From: a virus
DNA: 64,000 nucleotides
Virus record (IMG/VR): IMGVR_UViG_3300031088_000737
Coordinates: 64,001-128,000 of that record
Direction: 5' to 3' (one strand)
Positions 48,025 through 57,544 of this stretch are shown here, one piece after another. Both the position numbers and the translations under genes were made by a program. Position 1 is the first letter of the stretch, and the number at the start of each line of letters is the position of its first letter. The notes under the pieces are model-generated. The model ran no database searches. It had not been told where the DNA came from and saw only the letters and a program-made list of their open reading frames with translations.

Positions 48025-48735
48025 ATGAGAGTTCAACTGGTTTTACCCACTATTTATATTTACAATTATCATGCTCTCAATATTGTAGCCTGTCTTTTGT
48101 TTCTTGGTCTGCAAGCGATTGTTGGCGATGATTATTTTGAAACGGTTTCATTTATTCAGCCGATTATTAAATATTCTCTAGTATTGTTACTGATTTTAAA
48201 CATTGTATTATTGATCAAGTCAATCCTTGTTAAAACGTATACCAGCCTTAATGAAAGTCAAAAGGATATCTATCAAATCATGAGTTTCATCATCATGATT
48301 TCATTTAAAGTGTGTATTATGGTATTAGTATTCTTTATGTGGCTTGGTGTCTTTGAAAAAGATTACATGAATATCACTGTTCATATTATTATAGGGTGTT
48401 TCTTTTTTATTTATTGTCTTTCATTTTTACTATTTTTATATTTTAGTATGATAGGTATTAAAAATAGAATAAATCATGTTAAAGTAAAAAATCATTGGAC
48501 TTTTGAGTTCATGAGTGAAAAACAAATAAGAAACGTTAAAACCTATCAAGAAGAAGGTAAGGTTATAGGTATTTATTTTAAAGGATTTCTGGTTAATGAA
48601 AAAGATAATGAGCTGACGCTCAATGGTAAGCCGCTTAATCTCAACTCATTCAAATTTTACATGAACAATAAAAAGTGCAAAATTGACGATTTAACCGATG
48701 AAGATATAGCCATTATCGAGATGTTAGGAATCTAA
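48025..48735 (+). CDS. Four-TM membrane protein, family E
   Basis: Paralog of 47271..48008; ends IIEMLGI. Confidence 0.82.
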   Translation: MRVQLVLPTIYIYNYHALNIVACLLFLGLQAIVGDDYFETVSFIQPIIKYSLVLLLILNIVLLIKSILVKTYTSLNESQKDIYQIMSFIIMISFKVCIMVLVFFMWLGVFEKDYMNITVHIIIGCFFFIYCLSFLLFLYFSMIGIKNRINHVKVKNHWTFEFMSEKQIRNVKTYQEEGKVIGIYFKGFLVNEKDNELTLNGKPLNLNSFKFYMNNKKCKIDDLTDEDIAIIEMLGI

Positions 48736-48747
48736 TGTAAGACTATC

Positions 48748-49659
48748 TTATTTTGGCTTTATATGTTTTTTTGGTAGAAAATGATCAATAGGATTTCCAT
48801 ACCCCATATGCTCTAATATATCAGGACATAAAAATGGAATGACTAAACCATCTACACTATTGGCAAGAGCTGTTCTTATAACTTTAAAATCCTTTCTCAA
48901 TCGTTCACTGGCTAAATGGAAATATTGTCCATCTTTTTGCAATATGGATAAAATGATTTGTTTATTATCTCTTGCTTCATCAGCTATGTAATAAACTGCT
49001 GATATATTATTGTTTATAGCTGCCTTAACTATTTTTTTATCGCTTCGTAATCGTGATGAAGCAAATTCTAATGCTTTTCCATGATTTTTGACTGCAGTTA
49101 AAACTACTTCATAGTCATCTTGCATTTCTTTACTAGCATATTGAAGATTTAATCCATTTGCTTTGACCGTCATCAACACAACATCTTTATCATTCTTTAA
49201 CTGATCAGAATAACCTTCTAATTGCCACACTTTTAATTTCAATAATAATTCTTTGTTGTTTGAATACTTTTCAGTCAAATGCACTAAGCATTCTGGTGAG
49301 TGTTTTAATGTCATGTGAACAATTTCATCATCATTTTTTAAGATGGTTGATAATTTTTCAAAAATATTATTGCTTAAATATCCTGTCTTTTTCATCGCTG
49401 CAAGCACAATATCTCTGTCAGCTAGAAACTTTTTGTTTGCAAATAAAAGATTGTCTCCATTTTGTGAAATAGCTTTCAATACTACATCTCTGTCAGCTTT
49501 CAATCGTTCGCTTACATCATTCAAGGATATATAGTTTTTATCAATAAGTTTTAAAACATCATCTTTAATGTCTAAATGCAATGCTATTTTTTTTCTGAAA
49601 AGATTGAAATCAATGGATTTATCTTTCCATTCTCTTATCACAATTTCGACACTATCCAT
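48748..49659 (-). CDS. DUF4116-repeat protein
   Basis: Repeated L.YAS..L..D..IV..AV..NG units. Confidence 0.85.
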   Translation of the reverse strand: MDSVEIVIREWKDKSIDFNLFRKKIALHLDIKDDVLKLIDKNYISLNDVSERLKADRDVVLKAISQNGDNLLFANKKFLADRDIVLAAMKKTGYLSNNIFEKLSTILKNDDEIVHMTLKHSPECLVHLTEKYSNNKELLLKLKVWQLEGYSDQLKNDKDVVLMTVKANGLNLQYASKEMQDDYEVVLTAVKNHGKALEFASSRLRSDKKIVKAAINNNISAVYYIADEARDNKQIILSILQKDGQYFHLASERLRKDFKVIRTALANSVDGLVIPFLCPDILEHMGYGNPIDHFLPKKHIKPK

Positions 49660-49757
49660 TTCACAACACCTTTATAATTTTTTCCAGTATATCAATTGTG
49701 TAATATTTAATCAATATTCAAGGTTGAAAAAAAGCCACTTTATAGTGGCTGTTCGTC

Positions 49758-52283
49758 TTATTGTTTCTCTACATCATTACAGCTTTTACATAACTCATTG
49801 TCGCATAGATGTTCAAAGTAATTCCAACAACGATCACATTTCTTAAAATCATGCTTGAATAACTCAGTTTTATGATATTTAACAACATTCACATTCCCCA
49901 GTAATACAGACAAGACGGTTTGTTGTTCCTTGTTCAAATCCTTGTCTAAGTAAAGTACCGTCTCATTGTTTTTAGACATTACTTTATTGGTTCTACCTTC
50001 TTCAAACAATTTATTCGCTACATCTCTTAGTTCTAAGACTTGATTAAAGCTGTTTTGATCAAAATCAACTACAACGTCATCCAATAACTCTTCCATAAAT
50101 ACACTTAACCCAGAGTAGCTGTTGAGACTTCTGTAGTATTCTTCTGTTGAATAAGGAAGGTAAGTAGACAATAAGACCATTAAATTATGTTGAACATAGT
50201 TTAAAACAGATTGCGTTAATCTTCTTCTTGGTGCGTCAGGAGCTAGACAATATAATCTGTCTTTGTTCGCTTCAAAGTAAAGCACGCTCAATCTATCACA
50301 AAAAGCATACAGAACGCTTAATGCTTCATTAAACTTGTATTCATCACCTAGTTTTAAAACGGTCTTTTTAAGCTCGTTTGTTTCATTGAGCACGTATTTA
50401 TCCAACAAGTCCATGTCTTGTGTGTTTAATACACTTTCGGGTGTGTAATCATATAAGTTTTGCAACATGAACCTGTAAGTGTTTCTAAACTTCTTATACA
50501 TTTCAGTTGCTGCTTGTAATGTGCTTTCTGAATAGGTCAATTCTTTATGATAGTCTTGGTTAAGACACCATAATCTTAATACATCAGGACTATGCTGTTT
50601 CAATAAGTCTTTCAAAGCGACATAATTACCTAATGACTTAGAAAACTTCATACCTTTCGCATCCACTACAAAGCCATGTGTGAATACTTGTTTGTAAGGT
50701 GCTTTATTATTTAAAGCAGTTGATGTCAACAAGGATGATTGAAACCATCCACGGTGTTGGTCAGAACCTTCCAAGTATAAATCAGATTGTGTGGTACCGT
50801 AGTTTCTTTTCATCACAGTCGTATGTGTCATTCCACTGTCAAACCAGACATCAAGTGTTTGAGCAGAGAAGTCATCAGTATAAAGTGATGATAATCCGTT
50901 ATGTTTAACAAAGGTGACCCACGTTCTATATTCAGCAAGAGCTTCTGGGGTTTTATCTTTGGGTAATGGCACGCCCCAAAGTCTGTTCCGTGAAACACAC
51001 CAACTGTTACGAGTAGACAACATGGATGACAATCTATTTTTACCATTGCTCGGGAAGAAAGTTACATGTTCTACTTCATCAAGAGCTTTTTCTTTCACAT
51101 TAGAAAGATCCATGAACCATTCTTTTGAAGCTTTAGAGAACAATGGAGACTTATGACGCCAGCAGTGTGGGTATTCATGTTCTAATTTGGTTAAATTGAA
51201 AACCAGTTGATCGCCTTGTAATTTCTGTAATACGAATGCGGCTGAATCTTTCAAATTCATACCTTGTAGCTCTGGAAAATCAACTGAATCATATTTACCA
51301 TAGTTATCCACATAACTATTAACGTCAAGATGATGAGTTTCGCCCAAATAAAAGTCATCTAGCCCAAAGGACGGAGCCACATGAACAAAACCAGTACCTG
51401 AGTTTTCAACAAAATCTGCTTGAAGTAAAGGTACCATTTTTTTACTGTATGGACTTTGAACATCGAGATTGTCTAATTCAACATCTGTAACGTATTCCAT
51501 TTCTGAACCAAGATCGTCATTTTTCAATCTGACATAATACTTATTATGGGCTTTATTGTAATACTTTGCATAAGTAAAACGTTTATTATACGCAACAGCT
51601 TGGTTGGCTGGTAAGGTATAAGGCGTTGTTGTCCATACAAGTAGATAAGTGTTATCATCCAGTTTGAATTCAACCGTTACGCTGTCGGATGTTTTGACTT
51701 TGTATTCGACCTCAGCTTCCGCTAAGGAAGACTGACAATCTTTACACCAATGAACAGGTCTAAATTTTTGATAGAGATATTCTTTTTCTAACAAACTAAG
51801 AACAGCTTCCATTTCCTCAGCTTCACGGAAGAATTCATTTGTTTTGTAAGACTTATCAAAATCAGCTAACATACCAAACTCTTTTAACTGGGATAATTGA
51901 TTAGCGACTTGTTCATTAGAATACTGGTAACACTGATTGAGGAATTCTTGTTTGTTAGTTTTACCACTATGCAATTTTTCAACGGCTAATTCAACAGGCA
52001 ATCCATGACAGTCAAATCCATTGTTAAAAGGAGCGTAGTAGCCATTGAGGCGTTTAAATTTTAAGACAGTATCTTTCAATACCTTGTTGGTAAAATGACC
52101 CAAATGCAGGTCACCGTTCGCATAGGGAGGCCCATCATGAAGCAAGAATAAAGGCTTATGACGTTGACTTTCTAAAAAGTCTTTCATTTCTTGGCTATTC
52201 CAGCAATCCATATAGCTGGATTTATCCAAAAACTTTTCGTTAAGGTTGAAACTGACTTTTTGCATGTTGAGTGTATATTTCAT
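49758..52283 (-). CDS. ileS: Isoleucyl-tRNA synthetase (type 1, compact, 841 aa)
   Basis: HDGPPYANGDLHLGH, GFDCHGLPVE, WTTTPYTLPAN, GTGFVHVAP, WCVSRNRLWG, EGSDQHRGWFQS, KFSKS, C-terminal C..RCW...C..C zinc motif. Confidence 0.96.
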   Translation of the reverse strand: MKYTLNMQKVSFNLNEKFLDKSSYMDCWNSQEMKDFLESQRHKPLFLLHDGPPYANGDLHLGHFTNKVLKDTVLKFKRLNGYYAPFNNGFDCHGLPVELAVEKLHSGKTNKQEFLNQCYQYSNEQVANQLSQLKEFGMLADFDKSYKTNEFFREAEEMEAVLSLLEKEYLYQKFRPVHWCKDCQSSLAEAEVEYKVKTSDSVTVEFKLDDNTYLLVWTTTPYTLPANQAVAYNKRFTYAKYYNKAHNKYYVRLKNDDLGSEMEYVTDVELDNLDVQSPYSKKMVPLLQADFVENSGTGFVHVAPSFGLDDFYLGETHHLDVNSYVDNYGKYDSVDFPELQGMNLKDSAAFVLQKLQGDQLVFNLTKLEHEYPHCWRHKSPLFSKASKEWFMDLSNVKEKALDEVEHVTFFPSNGKNRLSSMLSTRNSWCVSRNRLWGVPLPKDKTPEALAEYRTWVTFVKHNGLSSLYTDDFSAQTLDVWFDSGMTHTTVMKRNYGTTQSDLYLEGSDQHRGWFQSSLLTSTALNNKAPYKQVFTHGFVVDAKGMKFSKSLGNYVALKDLLKQHSPDVLRLWCLNQDYHKELTYSESTLQAATEMYKKFRNTYRFMLQNLYDYTPESVLNTQDMDLLDKYVLNETNELKKTVLKLGDEYKFNEALSVLYAFCDRLSVLYFEANKDRLYCLAPDAPRRRLTQSVLNYVQHNLMVLLSTYLPYSTEEYYRSLNSYSGLSVFMEELLDDVVVDFDQNSFNQVLELRDVANKLFEEGRTNKVMSKNNETVLYLDKDLNKEQQTVLSVLLGNVNVVKYHKTELFKHDFKKCDRCWNYFEHLCDNELCKSCNDVEKQ

Positions 52284-52326
52284 TTTGAATCTCCTAGATT
52301 GAGTAATTTAATTTATTTTCGGCAAT

Positions 52327-52360
52327 AAAAAAAGGCACTTGGTTTTGACCGAGTGCCTTT
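52327..52360 (-). terminator. Attenuator terminator upstream of ileS
   Basis: AAAGGCACTCGGTC-AAA-ACCAAGTGCCTTT followed by a T-run, between the leader ORF and the ileS RBS. Confidence 0.85.
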
Positions 52361-52382
52361 GAATTAACAACAACTTATCCTG

Positions 52383-52445
52383 TTAGCTCATTGGCAACTT
52401 AGGGATAATAATAATGCTGTTTACGAATGTGTTTAAGGTTTTCAT
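52383..52445 (-). CDS. Ile-rich attenuator leader peptide MKTLNTFVNSIIIIPKLPMS
   Basis: 20 codons with tandem ATT ATT ATT ATC; GAGA RBS; promoter TTGACT-17-TATGAT at 52476-52504. Confidence 0.82.
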   Translation of the reverse strand: MKTLNTFVNSIIIIPKLPMS

Positions 52446-52512
52446 GTTTTATTTAATCTCTTTTAATTAATTTCAATCATATAACAATTGACCGATTAAG
52501 TCAATCTCTATT

Positions 52513-53478
52513 TTAAATAGCTTTAAACAAATCAAGGTTATTTTTCAAATCGACCCTGAATTGATCTTTAACAATGTTGAACAATTGACGAATCCTTTCT
52601 TTGGAAAGACCACACATACCTGCAATGGCTGTTTGATTTTTTGAATCCAAAATATGAATCATCATGTGGTAATGCTCATTGTTTGTTTTATCAAAAAGTG
52701 TATTCAATGAGGTTTGGAAAACTTTTCTTACCACTTGTTCTACATCTTTCATGATAAAGTTTTGTTGCAGTTCATCTTTTACAATTTCTTTAATGATCTT
52801 TTGAGAAGCTGTCATCTTTAAATCAAATTTATCGAAAAGTGCCAACACTTCAACTTTCTTGCTGCTCAATTCGTTGTTATCGCGTTTAATCAGCTCTCTT
52901 TTCAAGAATGAGAGGATATCAAACGTATCTTCTGCGAGTTCTGTTTCATTTTCATCTTGTTCTTTATTGAATTTATACAACTCAATGTCATCACATGTTT
53001 GAACAAATTCTTTTAACAGTTCGTAGGTCAACATGTCTTCGACAATCAAATATTCATAATTAGCCGCAACTAACAATTCACGTCTATTTTTTTCAATGTT
53101 ATCATCGTGCCAACGTCTTTTGAGATCCCTTGACCATTCTTGAAATTTTTTGTCAGTGGCATAACGCAATGGAATACGACTCAAAAAATGTTCTTGCAAC
53201 ATAGGAAAGTAAGCATTCCAATGATCTTTGGTCGAAAGAATACCAGCATTTTCCACAAACGTTTTAATTCTATTTCGCTTAGCTTCATTTTTCTGGTTGG
53301 TTGATGAGTGTGAACGAATCCAGTTCAACAAGGTAACACCGTAGATAAGGTAGTCTTTGGAAGGTAGTTTTCCTTCCTTGGTGATGAAATCGACAGCCGC
53401 ATCATACATTTTCTCCCAACGTTGATCGGGACTTAATGTATTATACTGTTCAGTGCTGAAGGTGGGGTTTAAGTCCAT
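52513..53478 (-). CDS. Protein with helicase-associated (HA)-like repeats and a C-terminal sigma70 region-4-like HTH
   Basis: WEKMY..A..F...EG.LP and W...R.W patterns; IAGMCGLSKERIRQL. Confidence 0.55.
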   Translation of the reverse strand: MDLNPTFSTEQYNTLSPDQRWEKMYDAAVDFITKEGKLPSKDYLIYGVTLLNWIRSHSSTNQKNEAKRNRIKTFVENAGILSTKDHWNAYFPMLQEHFLSRIPLRYATDKKFQEWSRDLKRRWHDDNIEKNRRELLVAANYEYLIVEDMLTYELLKEFVQTCDDIELYKFNKEQDENETELAEDTFDILSFLKRELIKRDNNELSSKKVEVLALFDKFDLKMTASQKIIKEIVKDELQQNFIMKDVEQVVRKVFQTSLNTLFDKTNNEHYHMMIHILDSKNQTAIAGMCGLSKERIRQLFNIVKDQFRVDLKNNLDLFKAI

Positions 53479-53678
53479 TCAATTATCCTCTATGGTGTAC
53501 AAGTCAGTCCGATTATACCACAAAGTTGAATAAATGGCAATCTATTATTTAATTACTATAATATTTATTCAAGACTTATCACCTTTTTGTAAATACAAAT
53601 GTTATTATATTTCAAAATGTTTGAAAGAGCGTTAAAGCAATGGTAAATTGTAGAGATAAGACAATAGGAGATTGTTGA

Positions 53679-55547
53679 ATGGAAGGTCATACCGCGTCAC
53701 TTTTAAAAAATAAGAAATTTTTACCCTTATTTTTAACTCAATTTTTTGGGGCTTTTAATGATAACGTTTTTAAAAATGCGTTAATCATGATGATAGTATT
53801 CAAATTGGCAACAGATACCAATTTATACGTTAACTTAGCTGCAGCTTTATTTATTTTACCCTTTTTCTTGTTTTCAGCGGTGGCAGGTCAAATTGCTGAT
53901 AAGTATGAAAAGTCTTTTGTGATTAAAGTTAACAAATTTATAGAAATTCTTATTATGTTGATGGCAACCATGTTCTTTTACATGAATAGTATCAATGGAT
54001 TGATAGCTGTTTTATTCTTGATGGGAACACAATCAGCATTTTTTGGGCCTTTGAAATACAGTATTTTACCACAACACTTACATGAAAAAGAAATCATGGC
54101 AGCCAATGGATTTATTGAAATGGGTACATTCTTGGCTATCTTGCTGGGTACCATGTTAGGCGTTGGTTTAATTGCTCAACAAAATGGTGAAGGCTTGGTG
54201 TCAGTTGTTATTTTAGCGATTTCTGTTATAGGCTTTGTAACGAGCTTGTTTATTCCAAAAGCTCAATCATTAAATACAGCCACTAAAATCAATTACAATA
54301 TATTTACAGCAACTTCTGGTGTATTTAAAATTATGAAACAACAACAGAAATCAGTAGTGATGTCTATTTTTGCTGTTTCATGGTTTTGGTTCTTGGGAGC
54401 TGTTTATCTGACACAATTACCACAGTTTGTAAAAAGTGAACTTGGGTATTCTGAGTCTGTTGTCACCTTGTTTCTTGTGGTGTTCTCTGTTGGTATAGGT
54501 TTAGGCTCCATGTTGTGTGAACGTATCTCAAAAGATTACATTGAAGTCGGTTTAGTAGCTTTTGGTTCATTTGGTATTACTTTGTTTGGTATCCTAATGT
54601 TTTTTGAAGTTCAAAGCTTTGATTCATTATCGTTGGTGGTCAACAATACATTATTAACATTAGAACAATTTAAGCAAGACCCAAGAAGTGTTTATCTTTG
54701 CACTTATCTATTCTGTATTGGATTATTTGGGGGGTTCTATACAGTTCCTTTGTATGCAATGATTCAAACCAGAACCATTAAAGAACATATGTCACGTATT
54801 ATTGCTGCCAACAACATCTTGAACTCAATCTTTATGGTAGCATCTGCAATTGTGGCTATCATCTTATTAAAGTTCTTAAAGATTAGTCAGTTGTTTTTAG
54901 CCCTATCGTTGTTTAACTGGGTAGTTGCTTATTACATTTATAAGAAGATACCAGAATTCTATCTACGTTTTATGACATGGTTTGTGTTAACGTTCATGTA
55001 TAGAATAAAAACACACAATCTTTCTCATGTGCCAAGTGAAGGAGCGGCAGTAATTGCAGTGAACCATGTAAGTTTTGTAGACGCTTTAATTATCACCAGT
55101 GAAATTAAAAGACCAATGAGATTTATCATGTATTACAAAATATTTAACATTCCAGTGTTGAATTGGTTGTTTAGACAAATGGGTGGTATCCCTATTGCGG
55201 GTATTAAAGAAGATCCTAAGATTTTGGAAGAATGTTATGTAAAGATAAAAGAAGCCTTGGAAAACGGTGAATTAGTATGCATATTTCCAGAAGGAGCCAT
55301 TACTTATGATGGTGAACTCAAAATTTTTAAGAGTGGTATTGAGAAGATTATCGAAGCAACGCCAGTTCCAGTTATTCCAGTCGCTATCAAAGGGGTATAT
55401 GGTAGCATGTTTAGCAGAAAACATAAAGTGAGATTGCCTCGTAAATTCTTTAGACGAATTACAATTGAAATAGGTAAACCGATACCAGCAGCAGATGCGA
55501 AAAAGCAAGTATTGTATGAAAAAGTTAAAGAGTTGATTGAAAAGTAA
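53679..55547 (+). CDS. MFS transporter fused to a PlsC-type acyltransferase (LplT/Aas-like)
   Basis: FLPLFLTQFFGAFNDN.FK MFS start, 12 TM; NHVSFVD (HxxxxD), IFPEG, P.IPVAI. Confidence 0.92.
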   Translation: MEGHTASLLKNKKFLPLFLTQFFGAFNDNVFKNALIMMIVFKLATDTNLYVNLAAALFILPFFLFSAVAGQIADKYEKSFVIKVNKFIEILIMLMATMFFYMNSINGLIAVLFLMGTQSAFFGPLKYSILPQHLHEKEIMAANGFIEMGTFLAILLGTMLGVGLIAQQNGEGLVSVVILAISVIGFVTSLFIPKAQSLNTATKINYNIFTATSGVFKIMKQQQKSVVMSIFAVSWFWFLGAVYLTQLPQFVKSELGYSESVVTLFLVVFSVGIGLGSMLCERISKDYIEVGLVAFGSFGITLFGILMFFEVQSFDSLSLVVNNTLLTLEQFKQDPRSVYLCTYLFCIGLFGGFYTVPLYAMIQTRTIKEHMSRIIAANNILNSIFMVASAIVAIILLKFLKISQLFLALSLFNWVVAYYIYKKIPEFYLRFMTWFVLTFMYRIKTHNLSHVPSEGAAVIAVNHVSFVDALIITSEIKRPMRFIMYYKIFNIPVLNWLFRQMGGIPIAGIKEDPKILEECYVKIKEALENGELVCIFPEGAITYDGELKIFKSGIEKIIEATPVPVIPVAIKGVYGSMFSRKHKVRLPRKFFRRITIEIGKPIPAADAKKQVLYEKVKELIEK

Positions 55548-55592
55548 GATAAAAAAAAGAACCTTCGGGTTCTTTTTTTGTTGACTTAATTC

Positions 55593-56027
55593 TTAATAAT
55601 AGACACCATTAAAACCTAAGACGCATTTTACTGCGGGATTTTTATCAAGATAGTTCTGATTGTGTTCTTCGGCTGGATGAAATCTTTCCATTCTTAGAAT
55701 CTTTGTTTTCGATTCACCAACACGCCCAGCGAGTTTTATCTTTTGGTTAAATCTATTCAATGCCATCACCATACTGGATTGATGATCAATGTTGGTGTAG
55801 AAAATATAACTTTGATATTTTTCAGGAATTTCTTTTAAGATGAATGAGTGATTTTCAAAAAATGTTCCCAAGTAATGATCGAGATCTTTTAATGATGAGT
55901 AAGTAATTTCAAGTAGTTCTATTCCATCTGGATTGTAACCAACTCGTGTCTCTAATGTGGGATAATTGTTTTTAAATATGTATTGCGAACTCCAAAAGCA
56001 TCCCATTCCTAAATATAATTTATCCAT
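55593..56027 (-). CDS. msrA: Minimal peptide-methionine (S)-sulfoxide reductase MsrA-like protein
   Basis: GMGCFW catalytic motif, TRVGY, FHPAEEHNQNYLDKNP; shorter than typical MsrA. Confidence 0.75.
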   Translation of the reverse strand: MDKLYLGMGCFWSSQYIFKNNYPTLETRVGYNPDGIELLEITYSSLKDLDHYLGTFFENHSFILKEIPEKYQSYIFYTNIDHQSSMVMALNRFNQKIKLAGRVGESKTKILRMERFHPAEEHNQNYLDKNPAVKCVLGFNGVYY

Positions 56028-56131
56028 TGTGAGCCTCCTTATGGTTTTAATACTATTATACTCGATATAAAAACCTTTACAAACAAACGCATATAGTGTA
56101 TTGTAAGCAATTAATACAAAAGGAGGATATC

Positions 56132-56572
56132 ATGTCATTAAAAGATGAAATAACACAAGCACGAGTTAAAGCGTTGAGAGAAAAAGACAACCTCACAAAA
56201 ACAGCGGTTGGCTATATCCTTGCAGCGATTAAACAAAAAGAAGTAGACACTAAGAAAGAAGTCACTGATGCTGATGTCATTAGTATTTTGAAAACACTCA
56301 TACGTCAACGTAAAGACGCTATTGAAGAATACAAAGACATTAAGGAATTGGTTGAAAAAGACTCAGCAGAAATTGAACTGTTGTCTAAATACATGCCAAC
56401 ACAATTAAGTGATGAAGATGTATTAGCTATCATTCGGGCTGGTATTGTACAAGCTAAATCTGAAAATCCTGTTATTGCTTTTGGTGATGTAATGAAATTA
56501 ATCAAAAGTCAATTGAATGGTAAAACAGACATGAGTAAAGTTAAAGGGATGGTTGAAAAAGAACTTGGTTAA
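56132..56572 (+). CDS. GatB/YqeY domain protein
   Basis: A.R.KD......I.AAIKQ.E.D...; RQRKDAIE.Y; AEIE.L..Y.P.QL; G.VMK.....L.GK.DM. AGGAGG RBS gives start 56132. Confidence 0.92.
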   Translation: MSLKDEITQARVKALREKDNLTKTAVGYILAAIKQKEVDTKKEVTDADVISILKTLIRQRKDAIEEYKDIKELVEKDSAEIELLSKYMPTQLSDEDVLAIIRAGIVQAKSENPVIAFGDVMKLIKSQLNGKTDMSKVKGMVEKELG

Positions 56573-56594
56573 CAAGTTCTTTTTTTTTACTAGA

Positions 56595-57437
56595 TTATTT
56601 TTTAAATGTTATATCCACAAAGTCATCCGATTTGCAGGCTTTTGCTAGGTCTATGTTTTTAATTTCTTTGTAGTTGTTTAATGTCTTGTCTCCTACAGTC
56701 ACAGAACTCCATCCAACATTTTTTTCTTTTTTAATAAAATCAATACAATTAAAATCAGCTTCAACGTGTGTGTATTTAACTTCAAATGCATTACTGGATG
56801 TTCCTGATATTAACACTTCTCCGTCCCAATTGTTCATTATCGTTTTATCAGCTATCGTCATTGTGTTTGGAATTAGTCCTTCTTTAATGGCCGTGGCATT
56901 GTCTAATTTAAAGTTTCCTTTTTGTTTATAGATGTCATTTATATTTTTGTATAAAGCTGAGACATGTTCAGATTCGTGTTGGACATTGAGTTTATCTTTA
57001 ACAGTTCCATATACTGTTATGGTTATTGCAATCAATCCAACAATTAAAAAAATCAACATCATCATCGGCACCATACTAGCTTGTGGGCTAACGAGATATT
57101 TACCAGCTTCTTCTGGTGTGTCACACCATTTAATTTGTTCAATGGCGGCTTGATTAGGAGTTAATCCTTTAACAAAGGCTTCCTCTAGCGTATTAATATC
57201 TTCTGGTGATAAGTCAGGTGAAATTGTTTTGTTTGATGACATGTCTTGGTATGTTTCAAGAACCTTAGCTAACATTTCAGAGTCTTCTTTATACATCATC
57301 TTTAATATTAAGGTAGGTTTTAATAAGAATGCATTCAATGTTTTAGCATCAGGAATCAAAAGATGTTCTTCAAATTCTATTAACAATGTTAATTTGTGTT
57401 TGGCGTCGTTTAGCCAGATATCTTTTTCAGTGGTCAT
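56595..57437 (-). CDS. Type IVb pilin (PilS)-like protein with long N-terminal cytoplasmic extension
   Basis: Single TM followed by GLIP..M......N.WDG.V.I......F.V.Y..V....C...K......GW.SV.V, ending in C... Confidence 0.55.
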   Translation of the reverse strand: MTTEKDIWLNDAKHKLTLLIEFEEHLLIPDAKTLNAFLLKPTLILKMMYKEDSEMLAKVLETYQDMSSNKTISPDLSPEDINTLEEAFVKGLTPNQAAIEQIKWCDTPEEAGKYLVSPQASMVPMMMLIFLIVGLIAITITVYGTVKDKLNVQHESEHVSALYKNINDIYKQKGNFKLDNATAIKEGLIPNTMTIADKTIMNNWDGEVLISGTSSNAFEVKYTHVEADFNCIDFIKKEKNVGWSSVTVGDKTLNNYKEIKNIDLAKACKSDDFVDITFKK

Positions 57438-57544
57438 AGATTAGTTACCTTTTTTTAGTATTTAATCATTCGCCAAAAAACTGTCAACTTTATTAAAAAA
57501 AAAGAGCCATCGCTGGCTCTCTTTTATGTTACTTGACTACCTGA

